Shown here: piece after piece, positions 1 through 9,065 of the stretch
Layout of the letters: the number at the start of each line of letters is the position of its first letter
Numbering within the stretch: the stretch's first letter is position 1
Source: Clostridia bacterium
Lineage (GTDB): Bacteria; Bacillota; Clostridia; Oscillospirales; CAG-272
Reading direction: 5' to 3'
DNA length: 64,000 nucleotides
Assembly: GCA_017463865.1 (NCBI GenBank)
Contig: JAFTOI010000040.1
Location: 40,892-104,891 of the forward strand
Program-made: the position numbers and the translations under genes
Notes under the pieces: generated by a model
What the model was told of the DNA's origin: nothing
Seen by the model: only the letters and a program-made list of their open reading frames with translations
Database searches by the model: none

Positions 1-1482
1 ATATCCCACCTCACCTTCGCCCACGATGGGGGCGACAATCTCTTCGACGACGTCAGCTTCCGTCTCGACACCGACTGGAAGCTGGGCTTCACCGGCCGCA
101 ACGGGCGGGGCAAGACCACCTTCCTGCGCCTGCTGCGGGGCGAGCTGCCCTATGGGGGGCGGATCACCACCCTCGGGGGCCTGCGGTACGTCACCTTCCC
201 GCCGACCGTCGATGACGTGCTGGCCGACCGGTCGGCCCTCGACGTCCTGCGCGCCCTTGCGCCCGAGGCGGAGGAGTGGCGCTTCTGGTGCGAGGCCGGC
301 CTGCTGGGGCTGGACGAGGCGGTCTTCGACCGCCCGTGGCGCATTTTGTCGGGCGGCGAGCGCACCAAGCTGGCGCTGAGCCTGCTTTTCGTCGACGACA
401 GCGCCTCCTTTGCCCTCATCGACGAGCCGACCAACCACCTCGACCGCGCCGGCCGCGCGGCGGTGAGCGAATATCTGCGGGGCAAGCGGGGCTTCATCGT
501 CGTCTCGCACGACCGCGACTTCCTCGACGGCTGCGTCGACCACATTCTGTCCATCAACCGCACCAATATTGAGATCGAGCAGGGCAATTTCAGCTCGTGG
601 TGGGCGGGCAAGCAGGCCCGCGACGCGGCCGAACTGGCCGAGGCCGAGCAGCATCGCCGGGAGGCGCGCCGTCTTGAGGAGGCTGCCCGCCGCAGTGCTG
701 AGTGGGCGTCCAGCGCCGAGCGCGCCAAGGGCGAGCGGAATGGCGGCCTGCGCCCCGACCGGGGCTTCGTCGGCCACAAGGCGGCCAAGGCGATGAAGCG
801 GGCGAAGAACATCGAGTCCCGTCTGCTGGCCGAGGCCGAGGCGCGCCGCGCGCTCGGCCAGAACGTGGAGGAGAGCGAGGCGCTGAAGCTGTCCCCCATC
901 GACTACCCGGTTCGCCGCCTGCTCACGCTGGATGGGGTGCAGGTCTGCTACGACGGTGCGCCGGTGAGCGAGCCGGTCAGCCTCACCGTCGAGCGGGGCG
1001 AGAAGATCGCTCTGCGCGGCACGAACGGCTGCGGCAAGTCGAGCCTGCTGCGGCTGATCTGCGGCGAAGCGCTCGATTATCGCGGCACGATGAACCGCCC
1101 TGACCGTCTGCGCATCTCCTACGTCGGGCAGGAGACGGGGCATCTCTGCGGCCTGCCCGAGGACTACGCCCGCGACGCCGGCATCGAGGTCAGCCGCTTC
1201 CTGATGCTCCTGCGCAAGCTCGACTTCTCGCGCGACCAGCTCGCCCGGCCGATTGAGCAGTTCAGCGAGGGGCAGAAGAAAAAGGTGCTGCTCGCCCGCA
1301 GTCTGGGCGAGCAGGCGCACCTGTATGTGTGGGACGAGCCGCTGAATTATATCGACGTCCTGTCGCGGATGCAGCTCGAGGAGCTGCTGCGCGGCAGTGA
1401 CGCGACGATGCTGTTTGTGGAACATGATGCGGCGTTCTGTGACGCGGTGGCGACGCGCGAGGTCTGGATGGCACGGGCATGA
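1..1482 (+). CDS. ABC-F ribosomal protection-like ATPase, Lsa family (5' end truncated by window)
   Basis: Frame open from base 1: ...LFDDVSFRLDTDWKLGFTGRNGRGKTTF. Two ATPase domains (LSGGE..LIDEPTNHLD; GTNGCGKS..SEGQKKK..WDEPLNYID), no TM segments. Confidence 0.85.
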   Translation: MSHLTFAHDGGDNLFDDVSFRLDTDWKLGFTGRNGRGKTTFLRLLRGELPYGGRITTLGGLRYVTFPPTVDDVLADRSALDVLRALAPEAEEWRFWCEAGLLGLDEAVFDRPWRILSGGERTKLALSLLFVDDSASFALIDEPTNHLDRAGRAAVSEYLRGKRGFIVVSHDRDFLDGCVDHILSINRTNIEIEQGNFSSWWAGKQARDAAELAEAEQHRREARRLEEAARRSAEWASSAERAKGERNGGLRPDRGFVGHKAAKAMKRAKNIESRLLAEAEARRALGQNVEESEALKLSPIDYPVRRLLTLDGVQVCYDGAPVSEPVSLTVERGEKIALRGTNGCGKSSLLRLICGEALDYRGTMNRPDRLRISYVGQETGHLCGLPEDYARDAGIEVSRFLMLLRKLDFSRDQLARPIEQFSEGQKKKVLLARSLGEQAHLYVWDEPLNYIDVLSRMQLEELLRGSDATMLFVEHDAAFCDAVATREVWMARA

Positions 1483-1485
1483 GGC

Positions 1486-1983
1486 TCAGCCGTAGACGAC
1501 CACTTCGTCCATGAGCGACCTGCACAGAGCATCGACAGCGTCAAACTGCGCGGCGTCGAGCTCATAGAGCGCCGAATAGTCGAAGCCGTTGATGGTTTCA
1601 TAGGTGCCGTAGCCCACATAGCAATGGGCGTTGGGTTTGACCAGGCTCAGCCGCAGCAGAGGCTCGGTGTCTGTGTCAGGCGTGGTGGTCGGGTAAAAGG
1701 TCAGCGCAAAAAATGTTGCGTAATAGCCATATGAGCTGATCGGGTCGGTGCCGGAGATCGGTCGAATGGTTTCGAGGATAGCGCTGACCGTGTCCGAATC
1801 GGTGAACATCTGCTTGTTTCCCGTGATGCCGCTGTAGATTTCAACAGCCGCCGCATCGGAGAGATCGAGATCGGCAATGACCATCGTGTCAGGCACCGGC
1901 GGTGCTTCGACGCCATCCTCGGCGCGGCATCCCGGCAGCACGAGCAGGCAGAGGACGAGCAGGAACAAAGTGAGCTTCTTCAT
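1486..1983 (-). CDS. Hypothetical lipoprotein
   Basis: MKKLTLFLLVLCLLVLPGC lipobox-like signal; AAGGAGG RBS upstream of ATG at 1983. Confidence 0.7.
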   Translation of the reverse strand: MKKLTLFLLVLCLLVLPGCRAEDGVEAPPVPDTMVIADLDLSDAAAVEIYSGITGNKQMFTDSDTVSAILETIRPISGTDPISSYGYYATFFALTFYPTTTPDTDTEPLLRLSLVKPNAHCYVGYGTYETINGFDYSALYELDAAQFDAVDALCRSLMDEVVVYG

Positions 1984-2013
1984 CGGGATGACCTCCTTTA
2001 TTCGTTTATCCAT

Positions 2014-2041
2014 TTAGACGCAGGATTCGCAAAAAAGTTCC
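2014..2041 (-). promoter_or_regulatory. ECF-sigma-type promoter GGAAC-N16-CGTCTAA
   Basis: Minus strand GGAAC ttttttgcgaatcctg CGTCTAA; same motif and spacing at 15509-15536. Confidence 0.6.
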
Positions 2042-2074
2042 CGCGTGCCGAAAAAAATTGCATGCGGCGAGCGC

Positions 2075-2103
2075 TTGACAATCCTCTCGCTGCGTGTTAT
2101 ACT
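2075..2103 (+). promoter_or_regulatory. sigmaA promoter
   Basis: TTGACA-N17-TATACT with TG extension. Confidence 0.75.
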
Positions 2104-2131
2104 GTTTCTATCAATCAACAGGAGGTTCACC

Positions 2132-2287
2132 ATGTTCTGCCGATCCATCATCGATCCCATCGGCCGCACGCCGCATCATTGTGCCGCCATCCCGAACCGC
2201 TTCATCCCCGGCCTGTTCGATCATTCTGCCAATGCTGCCTGCACCGACGACCGCTGCCTGTCGACGGCAACATGGAAAGAGGTATAA
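2132..2287 (+). other. 51-codon ORF with strong RBS, possibly an internally deleted cysteine synthase remnant or a leader ORF
   Basis: AGGAGG then ATG; MFCRSIIDPIGRTP...FIPGLFDHS resembles two separate CysK segments. Confidence 0.3.
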
Positions 2288-2292
2288 TCATC

Positions 2293-3222
2293 ATGAAGAA
2301 GTTCATTTCTTTACTCCTTTGCCTGGCGTCGCTGCTTTCCTGCGCCGCATGCGGCGGGCAGGCGGCCGTTGATCCCACGGTGACCCAAGCGCAGACCAAA
2401 ACCGCGGAAACAACAGCGGAGGCGCCTGCGGTTACCACCGCCGCAGAACCCGAAACCACAGCCGCGCAAGCGGCAGAGCCAGAGGAACCTGTCCTGCTGT
2501 ATCAGGCGCATCGCGGCGTGAGCACCGATTTTCCCGAAAACACGCTCCCCGCTTTCCAGGGGGCGATCGACCAGGGCTATAAATTCATCGAGCTCGACCC
2601 GAACTTCACCCTTGATCAGCAGTGCGTGCTGATGCACGACTCGACCATCAACCGCACCTGCCGGAACGCGGACGGCAGCAGTCTGGGGGACGCCGCGATT
2701 GCGCTGGGCAGCATCGCGTATGCCGATCTGCTCAAGCTCGACGCGGGCCTCTTCAAGGGGGAGCAGTTCAAGGGAACCAAGGTTCCGCTGCTGTCCGAGG
2801 TCGCTGAGCTGGTCGAGGGCACGGGCGTTGCGCTGAAGCTGGACAACAAGATCCAGAATTACACCGACGAGCAGCTGGAGATCATCTTCACGCTGGCCGA
2901 AAACTCGAAGGCCGATATCGGGTTTACCTGCAAGGACATTGGCTTTGTCACCCGCGTCGCCGAACGCCTGCCGGGGGTGACGATCCACTACGACGGCCCC
3001 ATCGCCCCGGTCGTGCTGAAAAAGCTTGCACCGATCGCCGAGACGCACGAGCTTTACATTTGGGTGGGAATCAACAACGCCAACGAAACGATCTGTGATA
3101 TGGTGAAGGAGGTCGGCCACCTCGGGATCTGGACGCTCAGCACCGATGAGCAGCTGGAAAAAGCCATCGCCCTCGGCGCAGAAGTGATCGAGACCAACGG
3201 CGAGCTGAAGCCGGCAAAATAA
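2293..3222 (+). CDS. Glycerophosphodiester phosphodiesterase (GDPD) lipoprotein
   Basis: Lipoprotein signal, Thr/Ala linker, AHRG..PENT..IELD..LMHD motifs. Confidence 0.85.
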   Translation: MKKFISLLLCLASLLSCAACGGQAAVDPTVTQAQTKTAETTAEAPAVTTAAEPETTAAQAAEPEEPVLLYQAHRGVSTDFPENTLPAFQGAIDQGYKFIELDPNFTLDQQCVLMHDSTINRTCRNADGSSLGDAAIALGSIAYADLLKLDAGLFKGEQFKGTKVPLLSEVAELVEGTGVALKLDNKIQNYTDEQLEIIFTLAENSKADIGFTCKDIGFVTRVAERLPGVTIHYDGPIAPVVLKKLAPIAETHELYIWVGINNANETICDMVKEVGHLGIWTLSTDEQLEKAIALGAEVIETNGELKPAK

Positions 3223-3232
3223 CGAGAAAAAT

Positions 3233-3258
3233 CCGCCCCGACCAGAAGGTCGGGGCGG
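3233..3258. terminator. Bidirectional intrinsic terminator
   Basis: CCGCCCCGACC-agaa-GGTCGGGGCGG between convergent genes, with A/T tails. Confidence 0.75.
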
Positions 3259-3265
3259 TGTTGTT

Positions 3266-4363
3266 TTATCGGACAAGCTGCAGCGCGTCCCACAGCCGTG
3301 CCTGTTCGGTGTCGCCCGTCCCCGCCATGGCGGTGGAGGCGCAGACCTTTTCGAACAGCTGACGCAGATCGTCGTCGGTGACCGGGACGCAGGCCGACAG
3401 TCGGGTCGGCATGCCGAGGCTGGCCATCTTTTCGGCAAAGCGTGCGGCCTCCTCCGGCTCGCCGTTGTAGATCAGCTGGACGATCAGGCCGATGCCGACC
3501 AGCTCGCCGTGCAGCCAGGGCTTGGCTTCGGCCGGGCGGACGGTGCGGGTTGTCTCATACACCTTGTGCGCGATGGCGCACTGGTTCGAGCCGCGCGCCA
3601 GGCCGCTGATGACGCCGGTGAGGGCGATGAGGATGTAGACCATGTCCCAGACGACCTTGGTGTCGCGCCCGTGCGCGACATCGTCACAGCATTCGTCGAG
3701 GTTGCGCAGCATCCAGTCGTAGCTGAAGCGGCTGAGCGCATAGGAGGAGAGCAGGCCGATGTCGGTGTCGGCCTCGGTGCGGCCAAGCAGGCGCTGGTTG
3801 ATCTCGATCAGCTTGGCCAGCGAGTCGTACACGCCGGCGACCAGCAGGCGGACGGGCTGGCGGCAGAGGATGTCCATGTCGGCAAGAACACAGTTGACCT
3901 CGACCTTGTGGTGCTTTGTCCCGGCGGTGCGCCCCTCGGGGGTGTACATGACCGACAGGGGCGTGAAGGCCGCGCAGGTTGCCGACGAGGTGGGGATGTT
4001 GATGATCGGCCGCCCCGACGTGACGGCGCAGAACTTGGCCGCGTCCATCACGTTGCCGCCGCCCACGCCGACCACGATGTCGGCGGCGCGGAACACGTCG
4101 GTGGCCATGATCTCGTCGAGGTGGGGCTCGCAGCAGAAGCCGGCATAGGTGTAGTAGGCCGCCGTCAGCCCGGCGGCGGTGAGACTTGCGTCGATGGCCG
4201 GACGGGCGAGCGAGAGAGCGGTCTCACCGCCGATGATGTAGGGCCGCGCGCAGCCGAGGCGGGTGATCTCCTCGGCCAGCTGGGCGATACAGCCCGAGTC
4301 CTGAATGTAGCGGCCCGAGCCGATGCGGAAGGATGATTCTTTGAACGAAAACTGGGTTGCCAT
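3266..4363 (-). CDS. Glycerol dehydrogenase-like iron-containing alcohol dehydrogenase
   Basis: GVGGGNVMDAAK, IPTSSATCA, AIAH and WLHGELVG motifs. Confidence 0.8.
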   Translation of the reverse strand: MATQFSFKESSFRIGSGRYIQDSGCIAQLAEEITRLGCARPYIIGGETALSLARPAIDASLTAAGLTAAYYTYAGFCCEPHLDEIMATDVFRAADIVVGVGGGNVMDAAKFCAVTSGRPIINIPTSSATCAAFTPLSVMYTPEGRTAGTKHHKVEVNCVLADMDILCRQPVRLLVAGVYDSLAKLIEINQRLLGRTEADTDIGLLSSYALSRFSYDWMLRNLDECCDDVAHGRDTKVVWDMVYILIALTGVISGLARGSNQCAIAHKVYETTRTVRPAEAKPWLHGELVGIGLIVQLIYNGEPEEAARFAEKMASLGMPTRLSACVPVTDDDLRQLFEKVCASTAMAGTGDTEQARLWDALQLVR

Positions 4364-4365
4364 CG

Positions 4366-5019
4366 TTATTCCCCTTTTGCCAGTGCGAGATAGCGGCCGG
4401 CGTTGGCGGCGATGGTGTCTGCGTCGCCAGCAGCCAGCGCGGCCTTCGGCGCGATGCTGCCCGCACCCACGCCGGCGCCCAGCGCGCCGGCGGCCATGTA
4501 TTCGGCCATGTTGTTCTCGCGGACGCTGCCGACGGCGAGGAAGCGGATGTGTGCCAGCGGCGCGGCGACGGCCTTGAGGTAGGACGGGCCCATCTCGCCG
4601 ACCGGGAAGAGCTTGACAAAGTCAGCGCCCCAACGGTGGGCGTTGGCAGCCTCGGTGGGAGTCATCGCGCCCGGGATCGAGACCAGCCCCAGCTCGACGG
4701 TGCGGCGGATGACCGCCTCACAGCTGTCGGGCGAGATGATGTACTTCGCCCCGGCCGCGGCGGCAAGCTCGACCTGCTCGGGCGTCATGACAGTACCTGC
4801 ACCGACGCAGATGTCGCCCCGCGCGGCGATGGCGGAGATGAGCTCGGTCGTGGCCGAGAGGGGCGTCTTGCCGGTCTGGTCGAAGGTGACCTCGACCAGC
4901 GAAACACCGCCCTTCGCCATGGCATCGACAGCGCGCAGGCCCTCGTCCAGGCTGTAGCCGCGCATGATGACGATCAGCTTTTCGGCGAGAATGTGGTTGA
5001 TGGTATCGAGTTTGGACAT
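4366..5019 (-). CDS. eda: KDPG/KHG aldolase
   Basis: VEVT, VGAGTV, GAKYIISP, PGAMTPTE, VKLFP motifs. Confidence 0.85.
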   Translation of the reverse strand: MSKLDTINHILAEKLIVIMRGYSLDEGLRAVDAMAKGGVSLVEVTFDQTGKTPLSATTELISAIAARGDICVGAGTVMTPEQVELAAAAGAKYIISPDSCEAVIRRTVELGLVSIPGAMTPTEAANAHRWGADFVKLFPVGEMGPSYLKAVAAPLAHIRFLAVGSVRENNMAEYMAAGALGAGVGAGSIAPKAALAAGDADTIAANAGRYLALAKGE

Positions 5020-5042
5020 GGTGGTGACTCCTTTGTGATGAT

Positions 5043-5636
5043 TTAGCCGAGGCGGATCTTCCCGGCGGCAATATCGGCAACGACCTCGACAAGGAAGCTA
5101 TGCTCACGCTCAAGGACGCGGGCGGCCAGCGTCTCGGGGGTGTCGCCGGGCAGGACGGGGACGGTGGTCTGCGCAACGATCTCGCCGCTGTCGTATTCGG
5201 GCGAAACGCGGTGGATGGTGACGCCGGTCTCGTCCTCGCCGGCGGCAAGGACGGCCTCGTGCACATGGATGCCGTACATGCCGCGCCCGCCGAACTTGGG
5301 CAGAAGCGCCGGGTGAATGTTGAAGATGCGGCCCGCATAAGCGTCGAGGACGGCGGGGTGGAGCATCCGCATGTAGCCGGCCAGGAAAATCATGTCGATG
5401 TCATAGCGCGCCAGCGCCTCGAGGATCTTCTGCGCGAGCAGCTCCTCGCTGCCGAACAGCTTCGCGCTGAGGTGGCAGGCGGGGATCCTCGCCGCGCGTG
5501 CGCGGTCGAGGGCGAGCGAGTCGGCGTTGTTGCTGATGACCGCCGCAACGCGGGCTGGAATACGGTTGGCCGTGCAGCCATCGATGATGGCCTGCAGGTC
5601 GCTGCCTCCGTGGGAGGCGAAAACGGCAATGTTCAT
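5043..5636 (-). CDS. purN: Phosphoribosylglycinamide formyltransferase
   Basis: AVFASHGGSDLQA, LAGYMR, NIHPALLP, YDSG motifs. Confidence 0.92.
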   Translation of the reverse strand: MNIAVFASHGGSDLQAIIDGCTANRIPARVAAVISNNADSLALDRARAARIPACHLSAKLFGSEELLAQKILEALARYDIDMIFLAGYMRMLHPAVLDAYAGRIFNIHPALLPKFGGRGMYGIHVHEAVLAAGEDETGVTIHRVSPEYDSGEIVAQTTVPVLPGDTPETLAARVLEREHSFLVEVVADIAAGKIRLG

Positions 5637-5666
5637 AGGGGGCCTCTTTTCTGCATTACTCCCTTA

Positions 5667-5706
5667 ATAATAACCGAAAAACGGCGAAATGTCAATCATT
5701 TCGCCG
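5667..5706 (-). promoter_or_regulatory. purN promoter overlapping the upstream gene's terminator hairpin
   Basis: TTGACA-N17-TATTAT (5695 to 5667); hairpin 5682-5706 followed by a T-run on the minus strand. Confidence 0.65.
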
Positions 5707-5732
5707 CTTTTTTCGCAAAATTCAATATAAAA

Positions 5733-6779
5733 TCAATCGTTCACCAGCATGATCTTACCCTTGACCGCACCCGGCGTCTTGTACAGCGCAAACGCCTCGT
5801 CAGCCTTCGAGAGCGGGAAGGTGTAGTGAATCAGCTTCGGTGAGAAGCGCAGACGGCCGTCGGCAAAGCAGTCGGCCACGACGTTCCACTCCTTACCCGG
5901 ATAAGGCGCCGAGTAGCTCATCCACGAGCCGGTCAGCTTGAACTCCTTGCGGTTCATGCACTCCCACAGCTTGGGCGTGAAGGTCATGTCCACATGCGGC
6001 GTACCGATGCAGCAGAAGTGCGCCTTGTTTGCCGCCAGCTCAAAGCCCATCTTAATCGTCACAGGCGACCCGGCCGTCTCAAAAACATAATCATAGCCGT
6101 GGCCGCCGGTGATGGCCATCGCCTTCTCCATGAAGTCGGGTTCGCTGGTGTTCACCGTCGCATCCGCACCCAGCTCGCGCGCCAGCTCCAGACGCTCCTC
6201 GATCAGATCAAATACCACGACCTTGCGGCCGCCGAAAATGCGCGCCCACTGCGCCGTAAACATACCGATCGTGCCGCCGCCGAGGATCGCCACATAGCCG
6301 CCGCCCGCAAAATCATTGCACATCACACCGTGCAGTGCAACCGCCGCCGGCTCGAACATCGCTGCCTGCTCATAGGGGATTGACGGATCATACTTGATGA
6401 CATTGCCCGCCGGAACCACTACATACTCGGCAAAGCTGCCCTGCTCACGCGAGCCGATGAAGCTGTAGTGGCGGCAGAGCGCGTAGTTGCCCTGCTGGCA
6501 GTCGGCACATTTCATGCACGGCACCAGGGGCGCAGCCGTTACCGTGTCACCGACCGCAAAGCCGGTCACACCATCGCCGACCTCAGCCACATCGCCGGAA
6601 AATTCGTGACCCAGTACAATGGGGAAAAAGTGCGCACCGTTGTGCAGCACGCGCGGAATGTCCGAGCCGCAGATGCCCGACGCACGAACGCGGATCTTCA
6701 CCGTGCCGGGCTTGGTTTCGGGCGTAGGATAATCGTCGTAACGCAGATCTTCGTTACCGTAAAGAACAGCAGCTTTCAT
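5733..6779 (-). CDS. Zn-dependent sugar-alcohol(-phosphate) dehydrogenase, galactitol-1-P 5-dehydrogenase-like
   Basis: GICGSD, GHEFSG, CxxCxxC, GGGTIG, GSWMSYS motifs. Confidence 0.85.
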   Translation of the reverse strand: MKAAVLYGNEDLRYDDYPTPETKPGTVKIRVRASGICGSDIPRVLHNGAHFFPIVLGHEFSGDVAEVGDGVTGFAVGDTVTAAPLVPCMKCADCQQGNYALCRHYSFIGSREQGSFAEYVVVPAGNVIKYDPSIPYEQAAMFEPAAVALHGVMCNDFAGGGYVAILGGGTIGMFTAQWARIFGGRKVVVFDLIEERLELARELGADATVNTSEPDFMEKAMAITGGHGYDYVFETAGSPVTIKMGFELAANKAHFCCIGTPHVDMTFTPKLWECMNRKEFKLTGSWMSYSAPYPGKEWNVVADCFADGRLRFSPKLIHYTFPLSKADEAFALYKTPGAVKGKIMLVND

Positions 6780-6804
6780 GTTATGTATTTCTCCTAAAAA
6801 ATCA

Positions 6805-6885
6805 TTTGTTGGAAAGTTCTTGCGGGGTCTGGGGAGCTTCTTTCAAGAAGCTCCCCATCGGGGTGCGGGGCGGTGCCCCGCGACC
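6805..6885 (-). repeat. Post-stop-codon double-hairpin repeat, copy A
   Basis: TAA-GGTCG-CGGGGCACCGCCCCG-CACCCC-[TGGGGAGCTTCTT ga AAGAAGCTCCCCA]-..AAGAACTTTCCAACAAA; similar copies at 23559, 23921 and 35660. Confidence 0.75.
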
Positions 6886-7722
6886 TTACCCCCGGCAAAC
6901 CGCGATCTTTGCCTTAACCAGCTCGGTCACGCGGGCCATGCCCACCTTGCCGTATTTCTTCGGATCGAACACACCGGGGTCGGCGGCGAGGACTTCTTTT
7001 ACGCCGTCGGAGTAGGCGATGCGCAGCTCGGTCGCAAAGTTCACCTTGCAGATGCCGGCGGCGATGGTCTCGCGGACAGCATCGTCGGACAGGCCGGATG
7101 CACCGTGCAGGACGAGCGGGATGTCCACCACCTTGCGGATGGCGCGCAGACGGTCAACATCGAGCACCGGCGTGCCCGAGTAGATGCCGTGGGCCGTGCC
7201 GATGGCCACGGCCAGCGAGCTCACACCCGTCTCGGCCACAAAGCGGACTGCATCATCGGGGTCGGTGTAGCCGCAGCCGTCCGAGACGAGATCGTCCTCC
7301 TTGCCGCCCACCTTGCCAAGCTCCGCCTCTACCGGGATGCCGCAGGGACGGGCCACATTCACCACCGCGCGGGTTACGGCAATGTTCTCCTCGAGCGGGC
7401 TGTGCGAGCCGTCGATCATCACTGACGAGTAGCCCGCCTTGATGGCCTGCACGGCCAGATCGAACGAGGAGCCGTGGTCGAGGTGCAGACAAACGTCCAC
7501 CTTCGCCTTCGCGGCGGCCGCATACACGTTCGCGCGGTAGAGATCGAGCCCCGCATACTTGACGGTCGAGGGGGTGGTCTGGATCATAACCGGCGCCTGC
7601 ATCTCCTCGGCAGCGGCGATGATGGCCATGACCATCTCCATGTTTTCGGCATTGAACGCGCCGATGGCGTAGCCGCCGCGCTGAGCGTCGAGCAGCATTT
7701 TTTCACTGGTTACATAAGGCAT
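6886..7722 (-). CDS. Class II fructose/tagatose-1,6-bisphosphate aldolase
   Basis: LHLDHG, SSVMIDGS, VEAELG, AIGTAHG, LVLHGASG motifs; GGAGG RBS before MPYVTSEK. Confidence 0.9.
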   Translation of the reverse strand: MPYVTSEKMLLDAQRGGYAIGAFNAENMEMVMAIIAAAEEMQAPVMIQTTPSTVKYAGLDLYRANVYAAAAKAKVDVCLHLDHGSSFDLAVQAIKAGYSSVMIDGSHSPLEENIAVTRAVVNVARPCGIPVEAELGKVGGKEDDLVSDGCGYTDPDDAVRFVAETGVSSLAVAIGTAHGIYSGTPVLDVDRLRAIRKVVDIPLVLHGASGLSDDAVRETIAAGICKVNFATELRIAYSDGVKEVLAADPGVFDPKKYGKVGMARVTELVKAKIAVCRG

Positions 7723-7759
7723 AATAGATTCCTCCGTTGAGCATAACATCATTATGTTT

Positions 7760-7795
7760 ATTATAGCACGAAAAAGCCGCCCTGTCAAGGGCGGC
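7760..7795 (-). promoter_or_regulatory. sigmaA promoter with its -35 in the loop of a terminator hairpin
   Basis: TTGACA-N17-TATAAT (7788 to 7760); hairpin GCCGCCCT-tgac-AGGGCGGC-TTTTT. Confidence 0.75.
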
Positions 7796-7823
7796 CAGGA
7801 GATTTTCGCTGTGTGGGAAAAAT

Positions 7824-8345
7824 TCAGACGAGCATGCGCCGTTTGATGCGCGTCAGTGCCTCAATCAGCGGGACTGCCAGCACGAGGGCAATGACGAAAT
7901 TGCCGATGGCGTGGGGGATGTCGAAGCTGATGCCCGACAGCCAGTAGGCAAGCGCAGTTTTCGGCCCGCCCGTGACGAGCCACGGAATGGCCGTCAGCGC
8001 GCCGAAGGCGAAGCCGTAGGCGCCCGAGAGCACCGCCCAGCCGAGCGCGCGGAGGGGATAGCGCACCTCGCCGCGGCGGGGAACCAGCATCACGATGCCC
8101 CACAGAACAAACCAGATGTAGAGATAGGACACCCACCAGATGCCAAAGCCGTAGAGCAGCCCCTGCAGCACGATGAAGACCGCGATGCCGGGCAGCGCGC
8201 CCGCGCGGAAGACCCGCGTCCAGACGATGATGAGCAGCGAGACCAGCTCAATGTTGGGCAGCCCAGCCAGCACGACCTGCGAGATGCAGAGCATCGCGCC
8301 GAACATCGCTCCCAGCACCAGCGAAAAAAGCTGTCGATGCCGCAT
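7824..8345 (-). CDS. ECF transporter S-component, probably cobalamin-specific (CbrT-like)
   Basis: Hydrophobic, LPNIELVS and FDIPHAIGNF motifs; lies downstream of a B12 riboswitch. Confidence 0.7.
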   Translation of the reverse strand: MRHRQLFSLVLGAMFGAMLCISQVVLAGLPNIELVSLLIIVWTRVFRAGALPGIAVFIVLQGLLYGFGIWWVSYLYIWFVLWGIVMLVPRRGEVRYPLRALGWAVLSGAYGFAFGALTAIPWLVTGGPKTALAYWLSGISFDIPHAIGNFVIALVLAVPLIEALTRIKRRMLV

Positions 8346-8746
8346 CAGTAGCCGACCGTCAGCGTGATCTCGAACTTGTCGCCGTCGGCGATGGGCGTGT
8401 CATCGACGCCGGTGAAGAGAGCCTCGCCCCCCTTTGTGAAGCACCACCATTCCTGCTTGCTGTCGTCGACGGTGTAGCCGTTCACCGTCTTGACGAAGAG
8501 CCCGTATTGGCTTTCGTCACCGGCGACCAGCTTTTCCTGCTCCAGCGCGCCGCGCAGATATTCCGCGTCGGTGGTGATGGTCTTGGTGGTCGTTCCGTCG
8601 GACATGACGATGTCGACGGTGATGGTCTTGCTGCCAGCCTGCGTTTCGGTCTTGCCGCATCCCGTGAGTGCCATTGCCGCGATCAGCACTGCGAGGAAGA
8701 GGGCCGAGAAACGCACGAAGGCCGGCATGGTCTTGCGTGTGTTCAT
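8345..8746 (-). CDS. DUF4430 (transcobalamin-like) lipoprotein
   Basis: LTGC lipobox; YGLFVKTVNG...WWCFTKGGE..TGVD..IADGD pattern. Confidence 0.75.
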   Translation of the reverse strand: MNTRKTMPAFVRFSALFLAVLIAAMALTGCGKTETQAGSKTITVDIVMSDGTTTKTITTDAEYLRGALEQEKLVAGDESQYGLFVKTVNGYTVDDSKQEWWCFTKGGEALFTGVDDTPIADGDKFEITLTVGY

Positions 8747-8832
8747 GGGAAATACCTTCCTTTTGTAAATTTTTCGCGCGGGGGCCCGACAGCGGCATAG
8801 CCGCTCCGACGATCCGCGGGGATCGGGTACTT

Positions 8833-8998
8833 GGGGAGCAAAGTCTTTCGGCTGATGGATCACGGTCTGCGTCTTCCCACTTTTCAGCAGTGACAGCCGA
8901 TGTCCGCGGCGACATCGGGCAGACCGATCAACTCCAAACACGGCGACGGGTTCGCGGCGGATTCACACCGCCTTCCTTTTTCTCCCGCCCTGCGCCTG
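8833..8998 (-). ncRNA. Cobalamin riboswitch
   Basis: Minus strand AAAAGGAAGGCGGTGTGAATCCGCCGCGAACCCGTCGCCGTG...GTCACTG..GGGAAG...AGCCGAAAGAC; sigmaA promoter immediately upstream. Confidence 0.85.
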
Positions 8999-9001
8999 TC
9001 C

Positions 9002-9061
9002 AGTATAGCACAGCGCCAAACAAAAGTCAAGTCCATCTTCTGGAAGAAGATGGACTTGACT
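9002..9061 (-). promoter_or_regulatory. sigmaA promoter overlapped by the metH terminator hairpin
   Basis: TTGACT-N17-TATACT (9030 to 9002); 16-bp stem 9025-9061. Confidence 0.75.
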
Positions 9062-9065
9062 GCGT

